Shown here piece by piece: positions 18,602-29,409 of a stretch of DNA of 64,000 nucleotides. The stretch lies in the NCBI GenBank assembly GCA_963805975.1, contig CAWDVR010000002.1, positions 352,001 to 416,000 on the forward strand, read 5' to 3'. Origin of the DNA: an uncultured Acidobacteriota bacterium (GTDB taxonomy: Bacteria > Acidobacteriota > Thermoanaerobaculia > Multivoradales > SZUA-115). Under the pieces are notes generated by a model that was not told the DNA's origin, ran no database searches, and worked only from the letters and a program-made list of their open reading frames with translations. Within the stretch, counting starts at the first letter, position 1, and each line of letters begins with the position of its first letter. The translations under genes and the position numbers were made by a program.

Positions 18602-19543
18602 CTAGATCTGCGGAGGCACGAGCGTCGTGGTCGGCGCGCCGTTGTTGACCGTGTTGCCCTGCGACCGGTTGTTGCCGAAGGAGATGATCTGGCTGCCGCC
18701 CACGCTCTGCAGACCGTTCGAGTTGTCGACCGACATCACGTTAGAGATCCGCACGGTGGCCTGCGCGTTCTCGGCGCGCACGCCCGCGGTGCCGTTGTTG
18801 GCGGCCACCGAGCTTTCGAGGTTGAGCTCCACGGCACCGGCCACGGTCGAGATGGCCAGGAAGCCGTTGCCCGAGTTGCCGGCGGCGGTGCTGTTGCGTA
18901 CCGTCACCTTGCTGCGGTCCTCGACCCGCAACCCGAAGCGGTTGTTGTGCATCCGCACGTTGTCGAGAAATGCAGCGGCCGAGCCGGCGAGGCCCGGCTT
19001 GACGAGGATGCCGCCACCCGAGGCGCCGTTGTTGTTGCGCACCACGGTGTCCGTCACGAAGAGCTCGGAGACGCCCGCTGGCTCGAAGTCGATGCCGACT
19101 CCGTTGGTGGCCGTGATCACGCAACCCTCGACGTGGAGGGCGCCGCCGGCGATGAAGCGGACGCCGTTGATGCCGGTGCCGAAGCCTTCGATGATCAGGC
19201 CGCGGATGGTGACGACGTCGTTGACGCCGGCGTTGACGATCACGCCGGTGGTGCCGGCGGACAGAATGCCGCCCTCGTCGCTCGCGGCGACGATCGAGAT
19301 CGACTTGGTGACGGTCACGCCTCCGAAGCCGCCGGGGTCGAGGACGCTGATCTCACCGCCGGCGGCGGTCTTGGAGATCGCGCCCGCGAAGGTCTTGCAG
19401 GGCGCCGTGCGGCTGCACGGGTTGGCGTCGTCGCCCACGCCCGAGACCCAGGTGCGGGAGGCCTGGGCCTGGGCGCCCGAGGCGAAGGCGAGCAGTGCGA
19501 GCACGGCCAGCAGAGTGGTGAACAGCGTCGAACGGGTACGCAT
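18602..19543 (-). CDS. Secreted right-handed beta-helix protein, copy C (more diverged)
   Basis: AAGGAGG RBS before ATG 19543; same N-terminal Cys motif. Confidence 0.88.
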   Translation of the reverse strand: MRTRSTLFTTLLAVLALLAFASGAQAQASRTWVSGVGDDANPCSRTAPCKTFAGAISKTAAGGEISVLDPGGFGGVTVTKSISIVAASDEGGILSAGTTGVIVNAGVNDVVTIRGLIIEGFGTGINGVRFIAGGALHVEGCVITATNGVGIDFEPAGVSELFVTDTVVRNNNGASGGGILVKPGLAGSAAAFLDNVRMHNNRFGLRVEDRSKVTVRNSTAAGNSGNGFLAISTVAGAVELNLESSVAANNGTAGVRAENAQATVRISNVMSVDNSNGLQSVGGSQIISFGNNRSQGNTVNNGAPTTTLVPPQI

Positions 19544-19772
19544 GGGGACCTCCTTCAGGTTGCAGTCGTATCGGGTGGACGTTCTGGTACCGGCCCCGAG
19601 CCGGTTTGAAGCCGCCTGCCGGCGGCGAGTACACAGAGGGCGGCAAGAAAGATGCTCGATCCTCCCGTGGGATCCCCCTAAGCTGCCACAGCGTAGGTCC
19701 GGCGTCAAGGGATATTCGCGGCCCGTTCCGGCCGAGAAGGGTGGGGGACGCCCGCTGCTAGGCTAGCCCGCC

Positions 19773-20702
19773 ATGTCCCCGGCAGTCCGCGTCCAGGGCC
19801 TCACCCGCCGCTTCGGTGCGCAAGCGGCCGTCGACGGCCTCGACTTCGAGGTGGCGCCGGGCGAGCTCTTCGGCCTGGTGGGGCCGGACGGCGCCGGCAA
19901 GACGACCACCCTGCGCATGCTCGCCGGCGTGCTCTCCCCCACCGCCGGCGACGCCCATTTGGCAGGTACGAGCGTGGCGCGCGACCCGGAGGGTGTGAAG
20001 CCGCGGATCGCCTACATGTCGCAGCGCTTCGGCCTCTATGCCGACCTCACGGTGGCCGAGAACCTCGCCTTCTACGCCGACCTCTACCGGGTACCCCGTG
20101 CCGAACGGGCCGAACGGCTCGAGCGCCTCTACCGCTTCTCGAACCTCGATCCCTTCCGCGACCGCCTGGCGGGCAAGCTCTCGGGGGGCATGAAGCAGAA
20201 GCTCGGCCTCTCCTGCGCCCTGATCCACCAGCCGCAGATCCTGCTGCTCGACGAGCCCACTTTCGGGGTCGACCCGGTGTCGCGCCGCGACCTGTGGCTG
20301 ATCCTGCACGAGCGGGTGGCGCAGGGGGTGACGGCGATCGTCTCCACCGCCTACATGGACGAGGCCGAGCGTTTCGACCGCCTGGCCTTCCTCCACCGCG
20401 GTCGGATCCTGGCCCTGGATCGGCCGCAGGCCTTGCAGGCGGCGTTTCCCGGCGAGCTGGTGGCGGTCTCCACCCCAGACCCCCACCGGGCCAAGGGGGT
20501 GGCCCTGGCGGTGCCGGGAGTGCGCCGGGCGGCGGTGTTCGGCGACCGGCTCCATCTCACACTGGAAGCCGGCGGGGGGGCCGGCGGCGAGATCGCCGGG
20601 GCATTCGAGAGCGCCGGCCTCCCCCGGCCCGCCGTCGAGCGCCGGAAGCCGTCGCTCGAGGACGTGTTCATCGAGCTCGCCGCCGGTGCGGAGGGCGCAT
20701 GA
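19773..20702 (+). CDS. ABC transporter ATP-binding protein (YbhF N-half-like)
   Basis: GPDGAGKTT, LSGGMKQKL, LLLDEPT. Confidence 0.93.
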   Translation: MSPAVRVQGLTRRFGAQAAVDGLDFEVAPGELFGLVGPDGAGKTTTLRMLAGVLSPTAGDAHLAGTSVARDPEGVKPRIAYMSQRFGLYADLTVAENLAFYADLYRVPRAERAERLERLYRFSNLDPFRDRLAGKLSGGMKQKLGLSCALIHQPQILLLDEPTFGVDPVSRRDLWLILHERVAQGVTAIVSTAYMDEAERFDRLAFLHRGRILALDRPQALQAAFPGELVAVSTPDPHRAKGVALAVPGVRRAAVFGDRLHLTLEAGGGAGGEIAGAFESAGLPRPAVERRKPSLEDVFIELAAGAEGA

Positions 20703-21643
20703 CGGAGGCGGCTGCCGTCGAGGTACACGACCTCACCCGCCGCTTCGGCGAGTTCACGGCCGTCGACGCCGTGACCTTCCGCGTCGAGCGTGGCGAGGTC
20801 TTCGGCTTCCTGGGTCCCAACGGCGCCGGCAAGACGACCACCATCAAGATGCTCACCGGCCTCCTCGCTCCGACCTCCGGCCGCGGGCGGGTGGCGGGCT
20901 TCGACCTCGCCACCGAGACGCAGCAGATCAAATCGCAGATCGGCTACATGTCGCAGCTCTTCTCGCTCTATGCCGATCTCACGGTCGAGGAGAACATCGC
21001 CTTCTTCTCCGGCTTGAACGGTGTGCCGCGCACCCGGCGAGAGGAACGAAAGCGCTGGGTGCTCGAGATGGCGGGCCTCGAGGGCGAGCGCCGGCAGCGG
21101 ACCGGCGAGCTGCCGCTGGGCTGGAAGCAGCGCCTGGCGCTGGGCTGCGCCGTGCTCCACGAGCCGCCCATCCTGTTCCTCGACGAGCCGACCTCGGGCG
21201 TGGACCCGATCTCCCGGCGGCGCTTCTGGGACCTGATCTACGACCTGACGGCCGGTGGCACCACGGTCTTCGTCACCACCCACTACATGGAGGAGGCCGA
21301 GCACTGTCACCGGCTCGCGCTGATGAACCGCGGTCGCCTCATCGCCCTCGACCGCCCGGCCGTGCTCAAGCGCCAGGCTCTGGAGCCGCTGTTCGAGGTG
21401 GAGGCGGACGATCTCGTCCACGCCGTCGAGGTGCTGCAGGAGGCGCCGGGCATCGTACGCGCCGGCATGTTCGGTCGCCTCCTCCATGTCACGGCCGAGC
21501 GTGCCGAGGGCGCCCCCGAGCGCATCCGCCAGGCGCTGGCCGCGGAGGGCGTCGAGGCGCGAGCGATCCGGGCGATCGAGCCTTCGCTCGAGGACGTGTT
21601 CATCGCGCTGGTGGCCAAGGCCGGCGGCGCGGTGGTGGACTGA
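20699..21643 (+). CDS. ABC transporter ATP-binding protein (YbhF C-half-like)
   Basis: ATGA overlap; GPNGAGKTT, LPLGWKQRL, FLDEPTSG, TTHYMEEAE. Confidence 0.93.
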   Translation: MTEAAAVEVHDLTRRFGEFTAVDAVTFRVERGEVFGFLGPNGAGKTTTIKMLTGLLAPTSGRGRVAGFDLATETQQIKSQIGYMSQLFSLYADLTVEENIAFFSGLNGVPRTRREERKRWVLEMAGLEGERRQRTGELPLGWKQRLALGCAVLHEPPILFLDEPTSGVDPISRRRFWDLIYDLTAGGTTVFVTTHYMEEAEHCHRLALMNRGRLIALDRPAVLKRQALEPLFEVEADDLVHAVEVLQEAPGIVRAGMFGRLLHVTAERAEGAPERIRQALAAEGVEARAIRAIEPSLEDVFIALVAKAGGAVVD

Positions 21644-21645
21644 CC

Positions 21646-22770
21646 ATGAGCCTGACCCGCCTTCTCGCCATCGCCAGGAAGGAGGTTCTACAGCTCCGGC
21701 GCGACCCGGGGAGCCTCGCCATGGGCTTCCTGATGCCGGCGCTCCTGCTGGTGCTCTTCGGCTACGCCATCTCCTGGGACGTGGCGAACATCGAGACCGC
21801 GGTGCTCGACCAGAGCCGCTCGCCGGCCAGCCGCCAGGTGCTCGACGCCTTCCGGGCGTCCGGTTACTTCGCCGCGCTGCGCCACCTCGAGAGCCCCGCC
21901 GAGATAGAGGCCGTGCTCGACCGCGGCGCGGCGCAGCTCGTGCTCGTCTTCCCGCCCGACTTCGCCGCCCATCTCGCCGACCCGGCGGGCACGGGGCCGG
22001 CCCGCCTGCAGGCGATCGTCGACGGCAGCGACGCCAACACGGCGACCATCGTGCTCGCCTACTCCCAGGCCATCGTGCAGACGTGGGCGAGCCGGGTGGT
22101 GCTCGAGGGCCGGACCTTCACGCCGCCGATCACGGCCCGCTCGCGCGTCTGGTACAACGAGGAGCTCAAGAGCCGCAACATGATCGTGCCCGGCCTGGTG
22201 GCGGTGGTGATGACGGTGATCGCGGCCATGCTCACCTCGCTCACCATCGCCCGCGAGTGGGAGCGCGGCACGCTCGAGCAGCTCGCCTCCACCCCCGTCA
22301 CCCGCGCCGAGGTGGTGCTCGGCAAACTCCTCCCCTACCTCGGGATCGGCCTGGTGGACGTGGCGGTGGCGACCGCCATCGGAGTTTTCCTCTTCGACGT
22401 GCCGTTCCGCGGCTCGATCCTGCTCCTCGCCGTGCTCTCGACCTTCTTCCTGGTCGGCGCCCTGGGCCTGGGGATCTTCATCTCGGCGGTGGCCCGCTCG
22501 CAGCTTCTCGCGAGCCAGATGGCGATGCTCTCGACCTTCCTCCCCGCCTACCTGCTGTCGGGCTTCATGTTCGCCATCGAGGTGATGCCGGCGCCTTTGC
22601 GTGCCCTCACCTACCTGGTGCCGGCGCGCTACTTCCTGGTGGTGACGCGCGGCATCTTTCTCAAAGGCGTCGGGCTCGAGGTGCTCTACGTGCAGGCGGG
22701 GCTGATGGCCCTCTTCGGAGCGGCCGGCCTTGTTCTCGCGGTGCGCGCTTTCAAGAAGGAGATCGGGTGA
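21646..22770 (+). CDS. ABC-2 permease (YbhS-like)
   Basis: IARKE..RRD, WYNEELKS, AREWERGTLEQL. Confidence 0.92.
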   Translation: MSLTRLLAIARKEVLQLRRDPGSLAMGFLMPALLLVLFGYAISWDVANIETAVLDQSRSPASRQVLDAFRASGYFAALRHLESPAEIEAVLDRGAAQLVLVFPPDFAAHLADPAGTGPARLQAIVDGSDANTATIVLAYSQAIVQTWASRVVLEGRTFTPPITARSRVWYNEELKSRNMIVPGLVAVVMTVIAAMLTSLTIAREWERGTLEQLASTPVTRAEVVLGKLLPYLGIGLVDVAVATAIGVFLFDVPFRGSILLLAVLSTFFLVGALGLGIFISAVARSQLLASQMAMLSTFLPAYLLSGFMFAIEVMPAPLRALTYLVPARYFLVVTRGIFLKGVGLEVLYVQAGLMALFGAAGLVLAVRAFKKEIG

Positions 22771-23900
22771 GCGCCGGAGGGGGCTGGCGCGCGAGCGCCG
22801 CGCGCATCGGCGAGCTGGTGAAAAAGGAGCTGCTGCAGGTGTTCCGCGACTCGCGGCTGGTGCGGGTGATCTTCCTGGCACCCACCATCCAGTTGATCGC
22901 CTTCGGCTACGCGGTGTCGACCGACGTGCGCGACACCGCCACCCTGGTCCTCGACCACGACCGCAGCCAGACCTCGCGGGAGCTCGTCTCCTCGCTCACC
23001 GCCTCGGGCCATTTCCGGGTCGTCGGTCACGCCGAGCACCCGCGCGAGCTGGTTGCGGCGCTCGACCATCGGACGGCGGTGGTCGCGGTCGAGATCCCCG
23101 CCGGCTTCGCGGCCGACCTCGCCGCCGGCCGAGGCACCAGTGTGCAGCTCCTCTTCGACGGCACCAACTCCAACCTGGCGACCGTGGCGCGCGGCTATGC
23201 CGAGCGCATCGTGCAGGGCTTCGGCGCCCGCACCGCGGCCCTGGCCGTACCCGCCTCTCCGCTCGAGCTCACCGAGCGGGCGTGGTTCAACCCGGACCTC
23301 AAGAGCCGCAACTACAACGTGCCGGCGGTGGTGGGCGTCATTCTCATGCTGATCTGCCTGCTCCTGACCTCGCTCGCGGTGGTGCGCGAGCGCGAGATCG
23401 GCACCCTGGAGCAGCTCCTGGTGAGCCCGCTCAGGCCCTGGGAGCTGCTGGTGGGAAAGACCATCCCCTTCGCCCTCCTCGGCCTCTTGGACCTGGCGAT
23501 CGTCACTGCCGTGGCGCTCTTGTGGTTCGAGGTGCCCTTCCGCGGCAGCTTCACGCTGATGATGCTGGCGAGCGTGCTCTACCTGCTCTCAGCCCTTGGG
23601 CTGGGCCTCCTGGTGTCGACCCTCGCCAACACCCAGCAGGAGGCCTTCATGAGCACCTTCCTGCTCTTCATGCCGGCGATGCTGCTCTCGGGCTTCCTCT
23701 TCCCGGTGAGCAGCATGCCCGCGCTCTTCCAGTGGCTGACGATCGCGAACCCGATGCGCCACTACCTGGAGATCGTGCGGGCGGTGTTCCTCAAAGGCGC
23801 TGGGCTCGAAGCGCTGGGGCAGCAGTTCGCCGCCCTTCTCGTTCTGGGAGCCGTGATCTTCGGCGCCGCGGTGTGGCGCTTCCGTGCCCGAGCCCGCTGA
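22767..23900 (+). CDS. ABC-2 permease (YbhR-like)
   Basis: GTGA overlap; KELLQVFRD, WFNPDLKS, VREREIGTLEQL. Confidence 0.92.
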   Translation: MSAGGGWRASAARIGELVKKELLQVFRDSRLVRVIFLAPTIQLIAFGYAVSTDVRDTATLVLDHDRSQTSRELVSSLTASGHFRVVGHAEHPRELVAALDHRTAVVAVEIPAGFAADLAAGRGTSVQLLFDGTNSNLATVARGYAERIVQGFGARTAALAVPASPLELTERAWFNPDLKSRNYNVPAVVGVILMLICLLLTSLAVVREREIGTLEQLLVSPLRPWELLVGKTIPFALLGLLDLAIVTAVALLWFEVPFRGSFTLMMLASVLYLLSALGLGLLVSTLANTQQEAFMSTFLLFMPAMLLSGFLFPVSSMPALFQWLTIANPMRHYLEIVRAVFLKGAGLEALGQQFAALLVLGAVIFGAAVWRFRARAR

Positions 23901-23918
23901 GAGAAGACGCCGTCCCCG

Positions 23919-24956
<1,038 letters not shown>

Positions 24957-25197
24957 GAGGGTGACCTCCTGACCTTGGGCTCGGGAGATTCCGAGAGCCT
25001 CGTCGCGTGCCAGTATCCACACCGCAGATTACAGCGCCGTGACCAGGCGGGAGGACAGGGTGCTGGCCGGGATGGCGCCTCCGGCTCCCTGGCCGGAGCG
25101 CAGCGTTACCCGCAGGGGGCGTCGAGCACCGGACCAGGGAGCCGGAGGCGCCATAGCCGGCCGGGCGCTGGTAGGCTCTGGGGGAGAGGAGCACCCG

Positions 25198-25722
25198 ATG
25201 GACCTTCGCTACCCGATCGGCCCCATGGTTCTCGAGAACAACCCCACGCCCGAGATGGTGCAAGCCTGGATCGCCGACGTCGAGGCCGCGCCGGCGGCGC
25301 TGCGCGCGGCGGTGGGGGACCTGGCGGCCGAGCAGCTCGACACCCGCTACCGGCCGGGGGGCTGGACCGTGCGCCAGCTCGTCCACCACCTGCCGGACAG
25401 CCACATGAACGCCTACGTGCGCTTCAAGCTGGCGCTGACCGAGGACACGCCCACCATCAAGCCGTACGAGGAAGCGCGCTGGGCCGAGCTGGCCGACTCC
25501 TTCGACACCCCGGTCGAAGCTTCCCTGACCCTGCTCGAGGTTCTGCACCAGCGCTGGGTGGTGCTGCTCAAGTCCCTGGCGGCGATCGACTTCGACCGCG
25601 CCTACTTCCACCCCGCGCTCGACCAGAAAGTGGCGCTCAAGACCGCGCTCGGCATGTACGCCTGGCACGGCAGGCACCACGTGGCCCACGTCACCACGCT
25701 GCGCGAGCGGATGGAGTGGTGA
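25198..25722 (+). CDS. YfiT/DinB-family thiol transferase / metal-dependent hydrolase
   Basis: MDLRYPIG, YRPGGWTVRQLVHHLPDSH, WHGRHH. Confidence 0.9.
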   Translation: MDLRYPIGPMVLENNPTPEMVQAWIADVEAAPAALRAAVGDLAAEQLDTRYRPGGWTVRQLVHHLPDSHMNAYVRFKLALTEDTPTIKPYEEARWAELADSFDTPVEASLTLLEVLHQRWVVLLKSLAAIDFDRAYFHPALDQKVALKTALGMYAWHGRHHVAHVTTLRERMEW

Positions 25723-26141
25723 GCAGGGCCCCGGTTCCCATCCTCTCCGCGCTGGTCGAGGTAGCGCGCAGCCGGATCGACGGCCGTGGCCTCTTCGCCC
25801 GGCGGAAGATCGGCAGCCGGCGCAAGATCGGCGAGCTCGAGGGCGAGCGCATCAGCCTCTGGGAGGCACGCCGCCGCGCCAAGACCCGGAAGCGCATCGC
25901 CATCGTGGAGCTCGACGACGGCTCGGCCATCGACGCCTCGGTGGGCGGCAACGAGCTCGCCTACATCAACCACTCCTGCACGGGCAATGTGCGGATGAAG
26001 GTCTACGAGACCTGGGTCGGCTTCTACGCCCGGCGCGATATCCGCAAGGGCGAGGAGCTGACCTGCGACTACGGCGAGAGCCATCACGAGGGCAAGCTCT
26101 CCTGCCGCTGCGGGAGCCCGGAGTGCAGAGGCCGGATTTAG
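25719..26141 (+). CDS. SET-domain lysine methyltransferase with post-SET motif
   Basis: GTGA overlap; GRGLFA, YINHSC, ELTCDY, CRCGSPECRG. Confidence 0.9.
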   Translation: MSRAPVPILSALVEVARSRIDGRGLFARRKIGSRRKIGELEGERISLWEARRRAKTRKRIAIVELDDGSAIDASVGGNELAYINHSCTGNVRMKVYETWVGFYARRDIRKGEELTCDYGESHHEGKLSCRCGSPECRGRI

Positions 26142-26169
26142 GCCCGCCCTCGGCTAGGATACGCGCCGC

Positions 26170-27147
26170 ATGACGGCCCTTCCCCTCCGAGGAAAGATCC
26201 TGGTGACCGGCGCCCTGGGCCAGATCGGCTCGGAGCTGGTGGTCGCCCTGCGGCAGCGCCACGGCGCCGGGGCGGTGGTGGCCTCGGACGTGCGTATCCC
26301 GCAGCCGGACCAGGCGGTGGGCGACGGCCCGTTCGAGTTCGTCGACTGCACCAACCAGCGCCAGATCGAGGAAGCGGTCCGCCGCCACGACGTGGCGACG
26401 ATCTACCACCTGGCCGCGCTGCTCTCCGCCACCGCCGAGGCCAAGCCGCAGATCGCCTGGGACGTCAACATGGGGAGCCTCTACCGGGTGCTCGAGGTGG
26501 CCCGCCAGTGCCGCTCGGCGGTGTTCTTCCCGAGCTCGATCGGGGCCTTCGGACCGAGCACGCCACGGGTGGGAACGCCGCAGGACACCCTCCAACGGCC
26601 GACCACCATGTACGGGGTCACCAAGGTGGCGGGCGAGCTGCTGTGCGACTACTACTGCCGGCGCTTCGGGGTCGACACCCGCGGCCTGCGCTTTCCCGGC
26701 CTGATCTCCCACGGCACGCCGCCGGGCGGCGGCACCACCGACTACGCGGTCGAGATCTTCCACGCGGCGCTCCGCCACCGCTACTACACCTGCTTCCTCT
26801 CCGCCGGCACCCGGCTCGACATGATGTACATGCCGGACGCGGTCAAGGCGGTGCTCGACCTGATGGCGGCGGACCCGGCCCGCCTCGCGCACCGCAACGC
26901 CTTCAATGTCACCGGTATGAACTTCACCCCGGAGGAGCTCGCGGCCGAGATCCGGCGCCACATTCCCGGTTTCCGCATCGACTACCGCGTGGACCCGGTG
27001 CGGCAGAAGATCGCCGACAGCTGGCCCCAGAGCCTGGACGACAGCGCGGCGCGCGAGGAGTGGGGCTGGCACCCGGACTTCGACCTCCCCGCCATGGTGC
27101 GCGACATGCTCGAGAACCTCGAGGCGAAGCTCGCCGCCCATTCCTAG
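26170..27147 (+). CDS. L-threonine 3-dehydrogenase (SDR/epimerase type)
   Basis: GALGQIG, SSIGAFG, YGVTK, GGGTTDY; adjacent to kbl. Confidence 0.87.
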   Translation: MTALPLRGKILVTGALGQIGSELVVALRQRHGAGAVVASDVRIPQPDQAVGDGPFEFVDCTNQRQIEEAVRRHDVATIYHLAALLSATAEAKPQIAWDVNMGSLYRVLEVARQCRSAVFFPSSIGAFGPSTPRVGTPQDTLQRPTTMYGVTKVAGELLCDYYCRRFGVDTRGLRFPGLISHGTPPGGGTTDYAVEIFHAALRHRYYTCFLSAGTRLDMMYMPDAVKAVLDLMAADPARLAHRNAFNVTGMNFTPEELAAEIRRHIPGFRIDYRVDPVRQKIADSWPQSLDDSAAREEWGWHPDFDLPAMVRDMLENLEAKLAAHS

Positions 27148-27170
27148 CGGCCTTGCCCACGGAGCCCCCT

Positions 27171-28403
27171 ATGCCTTTCGATCGCCTGCACGCCGCCCTC
27201 TCCGCCGACCTCGCCGAACGCGGCGGCAAGGGCATTCTCAAGGGCGAGGAGTCGGTGATCACCGCCGTGGTGCCCGGCGACGGGCGCCGCGGGCCGCGCT
27301 ACAAGCTGGCCGGCACCGGTGACCAGCTCTTCCTCAAGATGAATTCCAACAACTACCTCGGCATGTCGCTGCGGCCGGAGGTGATCGCCGCCGAGGAAGA
27401 GGCCTGCCAGGCGTTTGGCGTGGGCCCGGGCGCGGTGCGCTTCATCAGCGGCACCTACCGCCAGCACGTGGAGCTCGAGGAGCGCCTCGCCGCCTTCCAC
27501 GGCCGCGAGGCAGCGATGATCTTCTCCTGCGCCTACGCCACGGTGCTCGGCGTGCTGGTGCCGCTCACCACGCCGGAGACCGCGGTGGTGAGCGACGAGC
27601 TCAACCACAACTGCATCATCAACGCGCAGCGGCTGGCGCGGCCCAAAGAAAAGTACATCTACCGCCACCTGGACATGGCCGAGCTCGAGGCGCGGATCGA
27701 GCAGGCGGCCACCGCCGGCTGCCGGCGGGCGCTGATCGTCACCGACGGCATCTTCTCGATGCGCGGCGACCACGCTCCGATGCCGGCCATCGTGGAGCTC
27801 GCGCGGCGCTTCGACGGCCGGTTCGCGGAGGGCGCCTTCGTGGTGATGGACGACTCGCACGGCGTGGGCGCCTGTGGCGCCACCGGCCGCGGCACCGAGG
27901 AGGCGACCGGCGCCCTCGGCATCGACGTCCTGGTGGGCACCCTGGGCAAGGCGTTCGGGGTCAACGGCGGCTACGTGGCGGGCTCGAGCACCTTGATCCG
28001 CTTCCTCCGCGAGTCGGCCGCCACCTACATCTACTCGAACCCGATCACCATGGGCGAGGCGGCGGCGGCGAAGAGGGCCGTGGACATCCTCGACAGCGCC
28101 GAGGGCCTGGCCCTCCTCGCCCATCTCCGGGTGATGACCTCGCGCTTCGCCGAGGGCCTGCTGAAGCTGGGCTACGAGACCCTGCCCGGCGAGCACCCGG
28201 TGACGCCGCTCATGGTACGCGACACGCCGCGGACCTCGGAGCTGGTGCGCCACCTCAAGGCCGGCGGCGTGCTCGCCACCGGCCTCAACTACCCGGTGGT
28301 ACCCAAGGGCGACGAGAGCATTCGCTTCCAGATCTCGGCCGACCACACGGCCGAGGACATCGATTTCGCGCTCCAGGTGCTGGCCGACTTCCCTGCGAGG
28401 TGA
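27171..28403 (+). CDS. kbl: 2-amino-3-ketobutyrate CoA ligase (glycine C-acetyltransferase)
   Basis: NNYLG, VRFISGT, SDELNH, DDSH, GTLGKA (PLP lysine); paired with threonine dehydrogenase. Confidence 0.85.
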   Translation: MPFDRLHAALSADLAERGGKGILKGEESVITAVVPGDGRRGPRYKLAGTGDQLFLKMNSNNYLGMSLRPEVIAAEEEACQAFGVGPGAVRFISGTYRQHVELEERLAAFHGREAAMIFSCAYATVLGVLVPLTTPETAVVSDELNHNCIINAQRLARPKEKYIYRHLDMAELEARIEQAATAGCRRALIVTDGIFSMRGDHAPMPAIVELARRFDGRFAEGAFVVMDDSHGVGACGATGRGTEEATGALGIDVLVGTLGKAFGVNGGYVAGSSTLIRFLRESAATYIYSNPITMGEAAAAKRAVDILDSAEGLALLAHLRVMTSRFAEGLLKLGYETLPGEHPVTPLMVRDTPRTSELVRHLKAGGVLATGLNYPVVPKGDESIRFQISADHTAEDIDFALQVLADFPAR

Positions 28404-28457
28404 GACACGGCCCCCGGGAACCAACTCCATACCCACGAGTATTCAGGAGGTGATGCG

Positions 28458-28847
28458 ATGCGACTTGGCAACTTCTCGGTCAGCCTTGCCGTTCAGGACA
28501 TCGCAAAGTCACGTGCGTTCTACGAGAAGCTCGGCTTCCGGGTGTTTGGCGGCGATCAAGCCAAGAACTGGCTGATCCTCCAGAACGAAACGTCCACGAT
28601 TGGCCTTTTCCAGGGGATGTTCGACAAGAACATCATGACGTTCAATCCAGGCTGGGACCGTTCTGGCAACTCGTTGCCGGACTTTGACGACGTCAGGGAC
28701 ATCCAGAAGACGCTCAAGAATCAGGGCCTCGCGTTGACGACCGAAGCCGATGAGACGACGACAGGCCCCGCAAGCCTGATGCTTCTCGATCCAGACGGAA
28801 ACCCGGTCCTCATTGACCAGCATGTGTCGAAGCCGCAGGAGATGTAG
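28458..28847 (+). CDS. VOC/glyoxalase-family protein
   Basis: SLAVQDIAKSRAFYEKLGF...DPDGNPVLIDQH. Confidence 0.88.
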   Translation: MRLGNFSVSLAVQDIAKSRAFYEKLGFRVFGGDQAKNWLILQNETSTIGLFQGMFDKNIMTFNPGWDRSGNSLPDFDDVRDIQKTLKNQGLALTTEADETTTGPASLMLLDPDGNPVLIDQHVSKPQEM

Positions 28848-28959
28848 AGGGGCACGTTTCTTCGCGCTTCAGCTCGTCGCGCGCAACGGAAGGCACTCAC
28901 GGAATGCAAGGTGCGTCCCAACAGGTGGTGAGTCGGCGGCCTACAGGAAAGAAGACGTC

Positions 28960-29409
28960 ATGAAACGCATCTGGACGATCATCGGCGTAGGCGATGTGCC
29001 GAGTAGCTTCAGATGGTACCAGTCGCTCTTCGGCCAGCCCGAGACACGACCGGACCATGCCGATTTTGGTCAGATCCTTGATTCGGACGGAACTGTCTTG
29101 CTCTGCCTCCACCAATGGGGCGCGCACGAGCATCCGTCGTTGATGAGCCGGGACCAGGCGACACCCGGCAACGGAGTCCTCTTGTTCTTCCGCGTCGACG
29201 ACTTCGATATGTCACTGAAAAGGGCGCGCACTCTCGTCGCCCGACTCGAAGAGGAGCCGCACGCGAACCCGAATACTCGAACAAAGGAGTTCTCGCTTCG
29301 GGACCCGGACGGATACTACGTCACGATTAGTGAGCTCTCTTCGCTCGAGTCCAGGGGCCACGCGGCGCCAAGCTGGCCCTCTATCGCGGCCGGCGCCGGG
29401 TCGGGTTGA
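28960..29409 (+). CDS. VOC/glyoxalase-family protein
   Basis: MKRIWTIIGVGDV..WYQSLFG..FRVDDFD..LRDPDGYYV. Confidence 0.85.
   Translation: MKRIWTIIGVGDVPSSFRWYQSLFGQPETRPDHADFGQILDSDGTVLLCLHQWGAHEHPSLMSRDQATPGNGVLLFFRVDDFDMSLKRARTLVARLEEEPHANPNTRTKEFSLRDPDGYYVTISELSSLESRGHAAPSWPSIAAGAGSG

Noticed and set aside
28848-28959. Integron attC site between the VOC genes
   Set aside because: No RYYYAAC...GTTRRRY boxes and no integrase in the window.
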